From contig JALDRA010000001.1 of NCBI GenBank assembly GCA_031316235.1, positions 3,810,001 to 3,842,000 on the forward strand: a stretch of DNA of 32,000 nucleotides. Direction: 5' to 3'. Made by a program: the position numbers and the translations under genes. Within the stretch, counting starts at the first letter, position 1. The number at the start of each line of letters is the position of its first letter. This stretch comes from Candidatus Scalindua sp. Its GTDB lineage: Bacteria; Planctomycetota; Brocadiia; Brocadiales; Scalinduaceae. A model generated the notes under the pieces. That model searched no databases and was not told where the DNA came from. It saw only the letters and a program-made list of their open reading frames with translations. Shown piece by piece: positions 15,217 to 23,355 of this stretch.

Positions 15217-17403
15217 ATGAAAACGTTTTATGATTACTGGAAAAGTATACTGTTTTTTAATTTAATGTTTTGTCTCTTCACTTTTTTTGCGGGAACTGTT
15301 GATGTAAATGCGGCGTGTACTCCATCCATAACGTCACCTGCGTGCGGCGGCACGATACAAAGCGGTTCAGATATCTCCTTCAGATGGAATACATGTTCAG
15401 CAGATTCAGCGTATTGGCTGTCAGTTGCAACAGACCCTTCAAAATTTAAAAGGTCTCCCTTTGGAGATATTTTCAGCAAAAATTTGGGTTTTGTAAGTGG
15501 CCATACCGTAAAGATTCCTGCATCGGTACCCGATGGAAGCACCGTGTATGTGAGATTGTGGTATAAAAGAGCTGTCTGGAAATACATCCAATGCAACTAC
15601 GAAATCGGTTCAGGGGGGGGCGGAGTAGTATCAATGATGACAAGCCCTGTTCCAGATTCTATGCTGTCTGGTGCTACGGATACCTTCACGTGGTCCGCCA
15701 ACGGTGCGAACGTGTCAAAGTGCTGGCTGTATGTCGGGAGTACTGCAGGAGGTAACGACATATACGACAGTGGCGCTTTAGGATCGTCTACGAGTGATAC
15801 GGTAAGCGGCCTGCCGACAGATGGAAGTAAGGTATATGTGCGTCTTTTTTATAAAACCGGTACTGATACTACCTGGAACCAGATTGACTATACCTATACG
15901 GCATATACCGATAATACAACCGGCGGCGGCAGCGGTGGTGGCGGAGGAGGAACTCCTGAAATGACAAGCCCCACACCAGGTTCCACGCTGTCTGATGCAA
16001 CGGAGACCTTCACGTGGTCAGCTAATGGTGCAAACGTATCAGCCTGGTGGCTGCATATCGGCAGTTCAACAGGAGGTAAGGGCATACATGACAGCGGTGC
16101 TTTAGGATCGTCTACAAGTGATAAGGTAAACAGCCTGCCGGCAGATGGGAGCAAGGTATATGTGCGTCTCTTTTACCAGACTGGTACTGATGACTGGAGC
16201 CAGATTGACTATACCTATACGGCATATACCGATAATACAACCGGCGGGGGCGGCAGCGACGGTGGCGGTGGTGGAACTCCACCTCCCAGCGGTACCATAC
16301 AGGTCGGCAGCGACCAGGTAAGCCAGAATGCTGCCTTTCAGGCTGTAGCAAGCAGTAATACCCTTTATTTTGTCTATAATAAAACGGGGAAACTCTATCT
16401 TACAAAATCAACCAACGGAGGGACGGCGTGGAGCAGTCCTCAGCTTGCCAGCCACATCAACACAAACAAAAAGTTTTCACTTGCGGTTGATAGTTCTGGC
16501 AAATTGCATCTTGTCTATTCTAACGGTGACGGTACAGCGAGCTGGTATCGATCAAACTCCGGTGGGAAATGGAATAGCCCCGTACTGATGAACGATAAAG
16601 CGAATTTCCAGGATACCGCACCGGTTGTTGCCGTGGACGGCAATGATAACGTTCATGTTATTTTGTGGTCTTACGCTACCAATTGGAAAAGTACAAACTG
16701 GAAAGCGGGGAGCCGGATTGTCTACCGTCGCAAGCGCGCAGGCCAGGCCAATTTTGAGGCGCCAGAGTTCTGGAAAGCCGGGTTCGGCAGCCTCGGGGCG
16801 GGTAACGGAACGATAGAGACAAGTGCGCAGGGGGATGTGCATTTTATATATGCGGGTTTGGGGAGTTCCAACGGAAATAATGCGGTTGAACGGCGCATCC
16901 GACGCAAAAACGGTACCTGGGATTCGCGGCACGACATTTTTCCCAAAATATATATTGGTGACTATGCCATATCAGGTGCGGTCGGCAGTGACGAGGCCCT
17001 TCATTTAGCGATCTTTGAAGCGGGGTCAACTCCCAGAGGAGTCGGATACTTCAAGAGTACCCAGCCGAATATACTGAAAAGAGTCTGGCAGAAGTATGAA
17101 TACTGGGAAGCGAATACCGATATACTGGCGGCGCCCAACGGGGATGTCTGGATGACTTCAGCAAATCACCCCTGGGGAAATAAGAACGACCCTGAAGAGT
17201 ATCTGGCATCATACTGGCACTATGATAAATCGGCCGGTAAATGGACCAGCAGGATTCACGTATCGAAGGCTAATTATACCAATGTGGACCACACTCATTT
17301 CGGGCAGCCGAAACTCCTCCTCTATAACGGAAACGTACTGATGTTCTATGCGGAGAAGGCACCAGGATCAAACTTTAAATTCTACCAGCGCACCTTTAAA
17401 TAG
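15217..17403 (+). CDS. Secreted multidomain protein: Cys-containing N-terminal module, two tandem ~95-aa modules with poly-Gly linkers, and a C-terminal BNR/Asp-box beta-propeller-like domain
   Basis: 728 aa with a signal-like N-terminus (...GTVDVNA/A). Modules are of the form TFTWSANGANVS.WWL..GS..GG..I.DSGALGSSTSD.V..LP.DGSKVYVRLFY...IDYTYTA. Asp-box-like motifs: STNGGTAWSSP, SNSGGKWNSP and DKSAGKWTS. Confidence 0.85.
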   Translation: MKTFYDYWKSILFFNLMFCLFTFFAGTVDVNAACTPSITSPACGGTIQSGSDISFRWNTCSADSAYWLSVATDPSKFKRSPFGDIFSKNLGFVSGHTVKIPASVPDGSTVYVRLWYKRAVWKYIQCNYEIGSGGGGVVSMMTSPVPDSMLSGATDTFTWSANGANVSKCWLYVGSTAGGNDIYDSGALGSSTSDTVSGLPTDGSKVYVRLFYKTGTDTTWNQIDYTYTAYTDNTTGGGSGGGGGGTPEMTSPTPGSTLSDATETFTWSANGANVSAWWLHIGSSTGGKGIHDSGALGSSTSDKVNSLPADGSKVYVRLFYQTGTDDWSQIDYTYTAYTDNTTGGGGSDGGGGGTPPPSGTIQVGSDQVSQNAAFQAVASSNTLYFVYNKTGKLYLTKSTNGGTAWSSPQLASHINTNKKFSLAVDSSGKLHLVYSNGDGTASWYRSNSGGKWNSPVLMNDKANFQDTAPVVAVDGNDNVHVILWSYATNWKSTNWKAGSRIVYRRKRAGQANFEAPEFWKAGFGSLGAGNGTIETSAQGDVHFIYAGLGSSNGNNAVERRIRRKNGTWDSRHDIFPKIYIGDYAISGAVGSDEALHLAIFEAGSTPRGVGYFKSTQPNILKRVWQKYEYWEANTDILAAPNGDVWMTSANHPWGNKNDPEEYLASYWHYDKSAGKWTSRIHVSKANYTNVDHTHFGQPKLLLYNGNVLMFYAEKAPGSNFKFYQRTFK

Positions 17404-17425
17404 ATGTGACTGATGCTTTTCAGAC

Positions 17426-17470
17426 GATAGAGCGGCCGATGCCTGAGGGGATTGGCCGCTCTGTTCTATC
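17426..17470 (+). terminator. Hairpin downstream of the 15217-17403 gene (possible terminator)
   Basis: GATAGAGCGGCC ... GGCCGCTCT(GTT)CTATC stem with a 16-nt loop, 23 nt after the stop. No strong U-tract. The AAAACCGA/TCGGTTTT hairpin of repeat copy C follows at ~17600. Confidence 0.35.
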
Positions 17471-17560
17471 TGTCTGTAAGCACAAGCACCGATTCTCGCC
17501 GTACTCCGCTGCAGGGATCTATCCCCGATTCTCTAAGTAAAGTCTGCAACATAGCAAGCT

Positions 17561-17622
17561 TTTGTCCGGGGATACCAGCAACCAGGATTTGTTTTCCGGT
17601 AAAACCGAATCGGTTTTAGTAT
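17561..17622 (+). repeat. Copy C (3' part only) of the intergenic repeat family
   Basis: TTTGTCCGGGGATACCAGCAACCAGGATTTGTTTTCCGGTAAAACCGAATCGGTTTTAGTAT matches the 3' portions of copies A and B. It lies in the convergent gap between the 15217 and 17631 genes. Confidence 0.65.
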
Positions 17623-17630
17623 GGCAACCT

Positions 17631-18620
17631 TTATTTTTCCATGGGGTAAGTCAAATTCCACTGTGCACGTATTGTATCCATTGTTTTCATAATTGACAAA
17701 GACTCATCCAATGACATAATAGTGCTTTCTTTTTTACCGGATCGGATGCAGTTCATCATGTGAAGAACTTCATGATGCAAGCCATTGTGTTTTTCATCAA
17801 ACTCGTAAATTATATCATTCTTATCTCTGATCATTACGGTAACTTTTAATGATCTATGCCAGGATGCATCTAATTTAATGCTGCCTTTTGTTCCAGCGAT
17901 ATGAGCTTCTCTGTCTGTATCAAGTATGATTGCTGAAGATAATTGAGCTATTTTATTTTTTTGGTATTCTAATAGTATTGAATTTTGTTCATCGACTCCT
18001 GTCTTCCCAAAGGCTGCAGCGCTTTTAATATTAATAGGGTTACCAAATATCATCGATGCAAGTGAAAGAGGATACACCCCGACATCAAGAAGAGCACCAC
18101 CACCTAAATACGGATTAAAAAGTCTATGTACTGGATTATATTTTGCGAAAAACCCAAAATCTGCTCTAAGGTGCAATACCTCTCCTATTAATCTTTTACC
18201 AAGTATTTGCTGCAACTTGACCAAGGCAGGATTAAACCTTGCCCACATGGCTTCCATAAGAAATAAATTCTTCTTTCTTGCTAATGTAACCATATCGAGC
18301 GCTTCCAGCGCGTTAATGGCAAAAGGTTTTTCACATAAAACAGATTTTCCGGCTTTCAATGCTGAAATCGTGTTATCTCTATGAAGATTGTGCGGTGTCG
18401 CGACATAAACAGCATCGATATCTATGTCATTGACCAATGATTGATATGATCCGTAATATTTTGGAATATTGTATTTTAAAGCAAAGGAACGAGCACGACT
18501 CAATTTTCGGGAACCAACTGCATAAAGTCTTGCATTTTTTACTGATGGAAACTCCCTTGCAAATCTAGATGCAATGTGTCCAGTAGCAATAATACCCCAA
18601 TTAATTATCTTCATAATCAA
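17631..18620 (-). CDS. Gfo/Idh/MocA family NAD(P)-dependent oxidoreductase
   Basis: 329 aa with N-terminal Rossmann INWGIIATGHIASRFA and the EKPFAINALEA motif. The start may be the third codon (MKIINWG). Confidence 0.85.
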   Translation of the reverse strand: MIMKIINWGIIATGHIASRFAREFPSVKNARLYAVGSRKLSRARSFALKYNIPKYYGSYQSLVNDIDIDAVYVATPHNLHRDNTISALKAGKSVLCEKPFAINALEALDMVTLARKKNLFLMEAMWARFNPALVKLQQILGKRLIGEVLHLRADFGFFAKYNPVHRLFNPYLGGGALLDVGVYPLSLASMIFGNPINIKSAAAFGKTGVDEQNSILLEYQKNKIAQLSSAIILDTDREAHIAGTKGSIKLDASWHRSLKVTVMIRDKNDIIYEFDEKHNGLHHEVLHMMNCIRSGKKESTIMSLDESLSIMKTMDTIRAQWNLTYPMEK

Positions 18621-18885
18621 ACGTATTTTAATTATTCTTCTTCAATGGACCAACCCGTGTAAACTTGATAAGGCTTACAAATATAGCATATTGTAGACAA
18701 AATGAGTATCTTTATTCAAAGGGAATTCAACGTTACCATACAGAAAATCTATATAATACAGTGACAGTTGGAATGGTATAATCAGATAGTTGACAACTAT
18801 AGGGTAATAGGGGAGTAGTCTCTATTCTTTTCAGATTGGTAATCAATTTTTCTCTCCATTATATTTGATTTGTTTTAGTGCTTAC

Positions 18886-19058
18886 GTTTGGTATTAATCT
18901 TGCGTAGTTTTTATAAAAAATTCATACTAGTCTGAAATAACTCCGGAATCTTAAGAGGGAACATTAAAATATCTCGTCTATAACTCTTAATTTTCTGCTT
19001 GTTATCTTTCTATATCCGTGACCTGTCAATTTATTATTTAAAGCTTAGGAGGTAATGA
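18886..19058 (+). promoter_or_regulatory. Conserved ~173-nt leader/promoter region (paralog of 15043-15216)
   Basis: See 15043-15216. Homology starts at GTTTGGTAT and runs to the ATG. AGGAGG RBS. Confidence 0.5.
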
Positions 19059-21500
19059 ATGAAAACGTTTTGTGATTACTGGAAAAGTATACTGTTTTTT
19101 AACTTAATGTTTTGTATCTTCACTTTTTTTGTGGGAGCGGTTGATGCTAAAGCGGCCTGTACTCCGGTCATAACGGAACCGGCCTGTGGTGGAACGATAC
19201 AAAGCGGTTCAGATATCTCCTTCAACTGGAACACATGTGCGGAAGATTCAACGTACTGGTTGTCAGTTGCGACAGACCCTGTAAAATTCAAAAGCTCTCC
19301 CTTTGGAGATATTTTCAGCCAGGATTTGGGTTTTGTAAGTGGCCATACAGTATCTATTCCGGCATCGATACCCGATGGAAGCACTATATATGTGCGGTTA
19401 TGGTATGAAAGAGAAGTCTGGAAATACATCCAATGCAGCTACCAGATTGGTTCAGGGGGAGGTGGAGTAATACCCGGGATGATAAGCCCCGCTCCGGGTT
19501 CCACGCTGTCTGGTGCAACGGAGACCTTCAGCTGGTCGGCCAACGGTGCGAACGTGTCCAAGTGGTGGCTGTACATTGGCAGTTCTTCAGGGGGCAATGA
19601 CATTTACGACAGCGGTCTTTTAGGGAAGTCTACGAGTGATACGGTAAGCGGTCTGCCGACAGATGGTAGCATGGTGTATGTGAGACTTTTTTACAAAATT
19701 GGCACTGATAAGTATAGAGAAATTGACTACACGTATACTGCATGTACGGGAAATACCGGTGGTGGAGTAATACCCGGGATGACAAGCCCGGCTCCAGGTT
19801 CCACGCTGTCTGGTGCAACGGAGACCTTCAGCTGGTCGGCCAACGGTGCGAACGTGTCCAAGTGGTGGCTGTACATTGGCAGTTCTTCAGGGGGCAATGA
19901 TATTTACGACAGCGGTCTTTTAGGGAAGTCTACAAGTGATACGGTAAAAGGTCTGCCGACAGATGGTAGCATGGTGTATGTGAGACTTTTTTACAAAATT
20001 GGCACTGATAAGTATAGAGAAATTGACTACACGTATACTGCACATACGGGAAATACCGGTGGTGGAGTAATACCCGGGATGACAAGCCCGGCTCCGGGTT
20101 CAACGCTCTCTGGTGCAACAGAGACCTTCACGTGGTCGAGAAACGGTGCGGACGTTTCAGCCTGGTGGCTCCATATCGGCAGTTCTGCAGGGGGTAAGGA
20201 CATTTACGACAGCCGTGCATTGGGAACGTCTACGAGTGATACGGTAAGCGGTCTGCCGGCAGATGGAAGCACGGTATATGTGCGTCTTTTTTACCAGATT
20301 GGTACTGATGACTGGCGCGAAATTGACTATACCTATACGGCATATACAGATAACACCGATGGCGGTTGTGGAACTCTCCCTCCCAGCGGTATCATACAGG
20401 TCGGCACTATACAGGTAAGCAATGATGTTGCCTTTCAGGCGGTAGCAAGTAGTAATACACTTTATTTTGTCTATAATCAAGATGACAAACTCTATCTTTC
20501 CAAATCCGCCGACGGGGGAACGACATGGAGCAGCCCTCAGCTTGCCAGCCACCTGAATACAAACAAAAAGTTTTCCCTGGCTGTAGATAGTACAGGAAAA
20601 TTGCATCTTGTCTATTCGACCAGTAACGGTTCTGCAAGCTGGTATCGTTCAAACTCCAGTGGGAAATGGAATAGTCCCGTATTGATGAACGATACCCCGG
20701 ATTTCCAGGACACCGCTCCGGTTGTTGCCGTGGACGGCAATGATAACGTTCATGTTATTTTGTGGTCTTATCCTACCGATTGGCAAAATACAAACTGGAA
20801 AGCAGAGAGCCGTATTGTTTACCGGCTAAAGATCGCAGGTCAGGAAGATTTTGACGCACCCGAGTTCTGGAAAGCCGGGTTCGGCAGCCTGGGGGCCGGT
20901 AACGGAACGATAGAGATAAGTTCACAAGGGGATGTGCATTTCCTGTATGTAGGTTTGGCAAGTTCCAACAGTAATAATGCAGTCGAGCGGCGTATCCTGC
21001 ACAAAAACGGCACCTGGGATTCACGACATGACATTTTTCCCAAAATATATATTGGTGATTATGCCATATCAGGTGCGGTCGGCAGTGACGAGGTCCTTCA
21101 TATGGCCATCTTTGAAGCGGCGCCTACTCCCAAGGGGGTCGGGTACTTCAAGAGTACCCAGCCGAATGTACTTAAGAAAGTCTGGCAGAAGTACGAATAC
21201 TGGGAAGCGAATACCGATATATTGGTGGCACCCAATGGGGATGTCTGGATGACTTCAGCGAACCATCCCTTTGGAACCATGCATGACCCTGAAGAGTACC
21301 TCGCATCATACTGGCACTATGATAAATCATCCAGAACATGGTCCAGCAGGATGCACGTATCGGAGGCTGATTATACCAATGTGGACCACACTCATTTTGG
21401 TCAGCCGAAGCTCCTCCTCTATAACGGCAACGTACTGATGTTTTATGCGGAGAAGGCACCAGGATCAAACTTTAAATTCTATCAGCGGAACTTTAATTAG
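19059..21500 (+). CDS. Secreted multidomain protein, paralog of 15217-17403 with three tandem ~95-aa modules plus the BNR/Asp-box propeller-like domain
   Basis: 813 aa with the same architecture. Canonical Asp-box SKSADGGTTWSSP, then SNSSGKWNSP and DKSSRTWSS. The C-terminal ~370 aa are highly similar to the paralog at both protein and DNA level. Confidence 0.9.
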   Translation: MKTFCDYWKSILFFNLMFCIFTFFVGAVDAKAACTPVITEPACGGTIQSGSDISFNWNTCAEDSTYWLSVATDPVKFKSSPFGDIFSQDLGFVSGHTVSIPASIPDGSTIYVRLWYEREVWKYIQCSYQIGSGGGGVIPGMISPAPGSTLSGATETFSWSANGANVSKWWLYIGSSSGGNDIYDSGLLGKSTSDTVSGLPTDGSMVYVRLFYKIGTDKYREIDYTYTACTGNTGGGVIPGMTSPAPGSTLSGATETFSWSANGANVSKWWLYIGSSSGGNDIYDSGLLGKSTSDTVKGLPTDGSMVYVRLFYKIGTDKYREIDYTYTAHTGNTGGGVIPGMTSPAPGSTLSGATETFTWSRNGADVSAWWLHIGSSAGGKDIYDSRALGTSTSDTVSGLPADGSTVYVRLFYQIGTDDWREIDYTYTAYTDNTDGGCGTLPPSGIIQVGTIQVSNDVAFQAVASSNTLYFVYNQDDKLYLSKSADGGTTWSSPQLASHLNTNKKFSLAVDSTGKLHLVYSTSNGSASWYRSNSSGKWNSPVLMNDTPDFQDTAPVVAVDGNDNVHVILWSYPTDWQNTNWKAESRIVYRLKIAGQEDFDAPEFWKAGFGSLGAGNGTIEISSQGDVHFLYVGLASSNSNNAVERRILHKNGTWDSRHDIFPKIYIGDYAISGAVGSDEVLHMAIFEAAPTPKGVGYFKSTQPNVLKKVWQKYEYWEANTDILVAPNGDVWMTSANHPFGTMHDPEEYLASYWHYDKSSRTWSSRMHVSEADYTNVDHTHFGQPKLLLYNGNVLMFYAEKAPGSNFKFYQRNFN
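19461..20360 (+). repeat. In-frame 300-bp tandem repeat x3 (units 1 and 2 ~97% identical; unit 3 diverged)
   Basis: GGTGGAGTAATACCCGGGATGA recurs at 19461, 19761 and 20061. My hand alignment of units 1 and 2 finds 9 mismatches in 300 nt. Confidence 0.95.
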
Positions 21501-21502
21501 TT

Positions 21503-22060
21503 GTGACTTATATCGTAAGGAATATCAACCACGCATTGTACGAAAATTTTTTCTCTCCAACTAGTAATCGGTACGGGTATATCGATCTTGAAAATAATCA
21601 AGACCAGTCTGGAAAACTCGTCAAGGTAATCAAGAGCAGTATCTATGGGATTAACTTAAAGAAGATTTATCTTTTTGATATTGATGGCAGGATTTTTTTC
21701 AGTACTATTCGTGAGCAGATTGGATACGTTCTTGGGAGGGGTAAAAATGTACAGTTGGATTCGGCTATTAATTGAAGGCCGGTATCGGCTCTTCAGGAAC
21801 ACGGGATGAAGGATTCAAGAGGAGTAAAAGTAGAGGGATCTTTACTTGAGAGCTATTCCCTGAATATCTTAAGACGATCTGTGAGAAAACGTACCGGTGC
21901 ACATCGGAAACATCTAAATTACCGGATTTTCAAGGGTCATGAACCAGTCTTTAAAAAGTTTGAAATATACTTGCTTTTTGCCCCAAGACCTTTGATAATC
22001 TTTGGAGATCCAAATCAGCTCAATCAGCTACTCCTTAATTTAATTTTGAATGTTCTCTAG
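21503..22060 (+). pseudogene. Probable remnants of a sensor histidine kinase (sensor-domain-like fragment 21503-21775; N-box fragment 21806-22060)
   Basis: The second ORF ends ...PLIIFGDPNQLNQLLLNLILNVL*, resembling the HATPase_c N-box (gD...l.Q.l.NLi.NA) cut short. The first ORF has a Cache/PAS-like IYLFDIDGRIFFST. Both are far too short to be functional. Confidence 0.35.
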
Positions 22061-22068
22061 GCAACAAT

Positions 22069-22095
22069 CGAAAACTATTATGAGATGAGTATACA
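22069..22095 (-). repeat. Copy D (terminal ~27 nt only) of the intergenic repeat family
   Basis: The reverse complement TATACTCATCTCATAATAGTTTTCGAT matches the first 27 nt of copy A at 22 positions, including the first 11. It sits between the kinase remnant stop (22060) and the ATG at 22108. Confidence 0.5.
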
Positions 22096-22107
22096 AACAG
22101 ATAGAGC

Positions 22108-23355
22108 ATGGCAAAGGAACTGAAAAAAAAATTCCTGATTACGGGTGGGAAAGGTTTTCTCGGCAGTGCTGTTGTTAAAAGACTCCTGGCCCTGGGGTAT
22201 GAACTTCGGCTCTTAATAAGGCCTGGTAGTGAGAAAACTTCTTTTTATGACTATCTCCAGAAAAATTGTCATGGCAATTTTTTCAATGAGAGGGTTTTTT
22301 ATAATCTGGAAATATATGAGGGGGATATAACAGCTCCATTTTTAGGATTGGGGCAAGATGCGTATAACAGACTGGCTGATGAAACAGATGAGGTTCTTCA
22401 TTGTGCAGCAGCCACCCACTTTGAAAGTTCGAGGGCAGCGGAACTCAAGGCCGTAAATGTTCATGGTACAGAGAATATGCTGCGGTTTGCTGCCTCAGGC
22501 AGGACGAAGAGATTCCATTACATAAGTACTGCGTATGTAGCCGGGAGACAAAACGGTACTGTGTATGAAGAAGGTGATCTGGTTAATGTGCCAGTGTTTA
22601 ATAATGAGTATGAGAAGACCAAATTTTTTGCAGAAAAATGGGTCATTGAATATTCACGTAATAACGCAATCCCTTATACGATTTATCGACCAAGTATCAT
22701 CGTGGGAGACTCAAGAACCGGTTTCACGTGTAAATATGACAATATCTACACCTTTGCAAAGGCAATGTCAAACCTCCGGAATGGACATCTCACTGGAGAA
22801 ATGAGCAGGAGGTATCGTAGAGACGGAACTCTACCCGGTGAAGTTCTCGAAAGTGCTGCTCCTGTTCGTGTACCAGGTGATCCCGATGCCTTCGTAAACC
22901 TCGTTCCGGTAGACTATGTTGCAGACGCCATAATAGAAATTCTCAGTAAAAGAGAGACGATTGGAAAAATCTTTCATATTGTAAACCCTGATCCTCCAAC
23001 AATAAGTGAACTGAGAGATCTGCTCATCTCCATCCTCGAAATAAAGGGCATACGATTAATTATTGATGGAAAAATGGATGGAAAACGTTTGAGGTCGCAG
23101 GAGAGATTATTTCTGCGCCAGACTCGTACATACTATTCCTACTTATTTAATAAATTACGATTTGATTCCACAAACACCAGAGTGGCATTACAGGATACAA
23201 ACATTCAATGCCCGGCTATAAGCCATGATATAGTAAAAATATTAATGGAATACGCGCTTTTTCATGATTGGGGTGGAAGAAAAAATACTTCTGGTAAAGA
23301 GCCAGTACCATGTGAACGGCTGTTATCAGATTGTAAGGATTACGTATCCGGATGA
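22108..23355 (+). CDS. NAD(P)-binding thioester/acyl reductase-type SDR (male-sterility / NAD_binding_4-like)
   Basis: 415 aa. ITGGKGFLGSAVVKRLL Rossmann, GDITAPFLGL...VLHCAAATHF, YISTAYVAG, YEKTKFFAEKW (YxxxK) and RPSIIVGDSRTG. This pattern is that of terminal thioester reductase domains and fatty acyl reductases. Confidence 0.8.
   Translation: MAKELKKKFLITGGKGFLGSAVVKRLLALGYELRLLIRPGSEKTSFYDYLQKNCHGNFFNERVFYNLEIYEGDITAPFLGLGQDAYNRLADETDEVLHCAAATHFESSRAAELKAVNVHGTENMLRFAASGRTKRFHYISTAYVAGRQNGTVYEEGDLVNVPVFNNEYEKTKFFAEKWVIEYSRNNAIPYTIYRPSIIVGDSRTGFTCKYDNIYTFAKAMSNLRNGHLTGEMSRRYRRDGTLPGEVLESAAPVRVPGDPDAFVNLVPVDYVADAIIEILSKRETIGKIFHIVNPDPPTISELRDLLISILEIKGIRLIIDGKMDGKRLRSQERLFLRQTRTYYSYLFNKLRFDSTNTRVALQDTNIQCPAISHDIVKILMEYALFHDWGGRKNTSGKEPVPCERLLSDCKDYVSG

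Noticed and set aside
15217-15330. Lipoprotein signal (Cys shortly after the hydrophobic segment: VNAAC / AKAAC) in the BNR-family proteins
   Set aside because: Positions -3 to -1 (N-A-A, K-A-A) do not fit the L-[AS]-[GA]-C lipobox. A type I signal peptide with a disulfide-bonded first module is more likely.
15234-15596. Antisense 120-aa ORF that is conserved in the paralog (19076-19429)
   Set aside because: The conservation is explained by duplication of the sense gene, not by selection on the antisense frame.
18774-18782. Extended -10-like TGGTATAAT upstream of the second BNR-family gene
   Set aside because: Promoter-like hexamers are frequent in AT-rich intergenic DNA. It has no matching -35 and is not conserved upstream of the paralog.
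19461-20360. Regularly spaced repeats considered as a possible CRISPR-like array
   Set aside because: The period is 300 bp with no short repeat/spacer alternation. The repeats are in-frame protein modules inside a long ORF.
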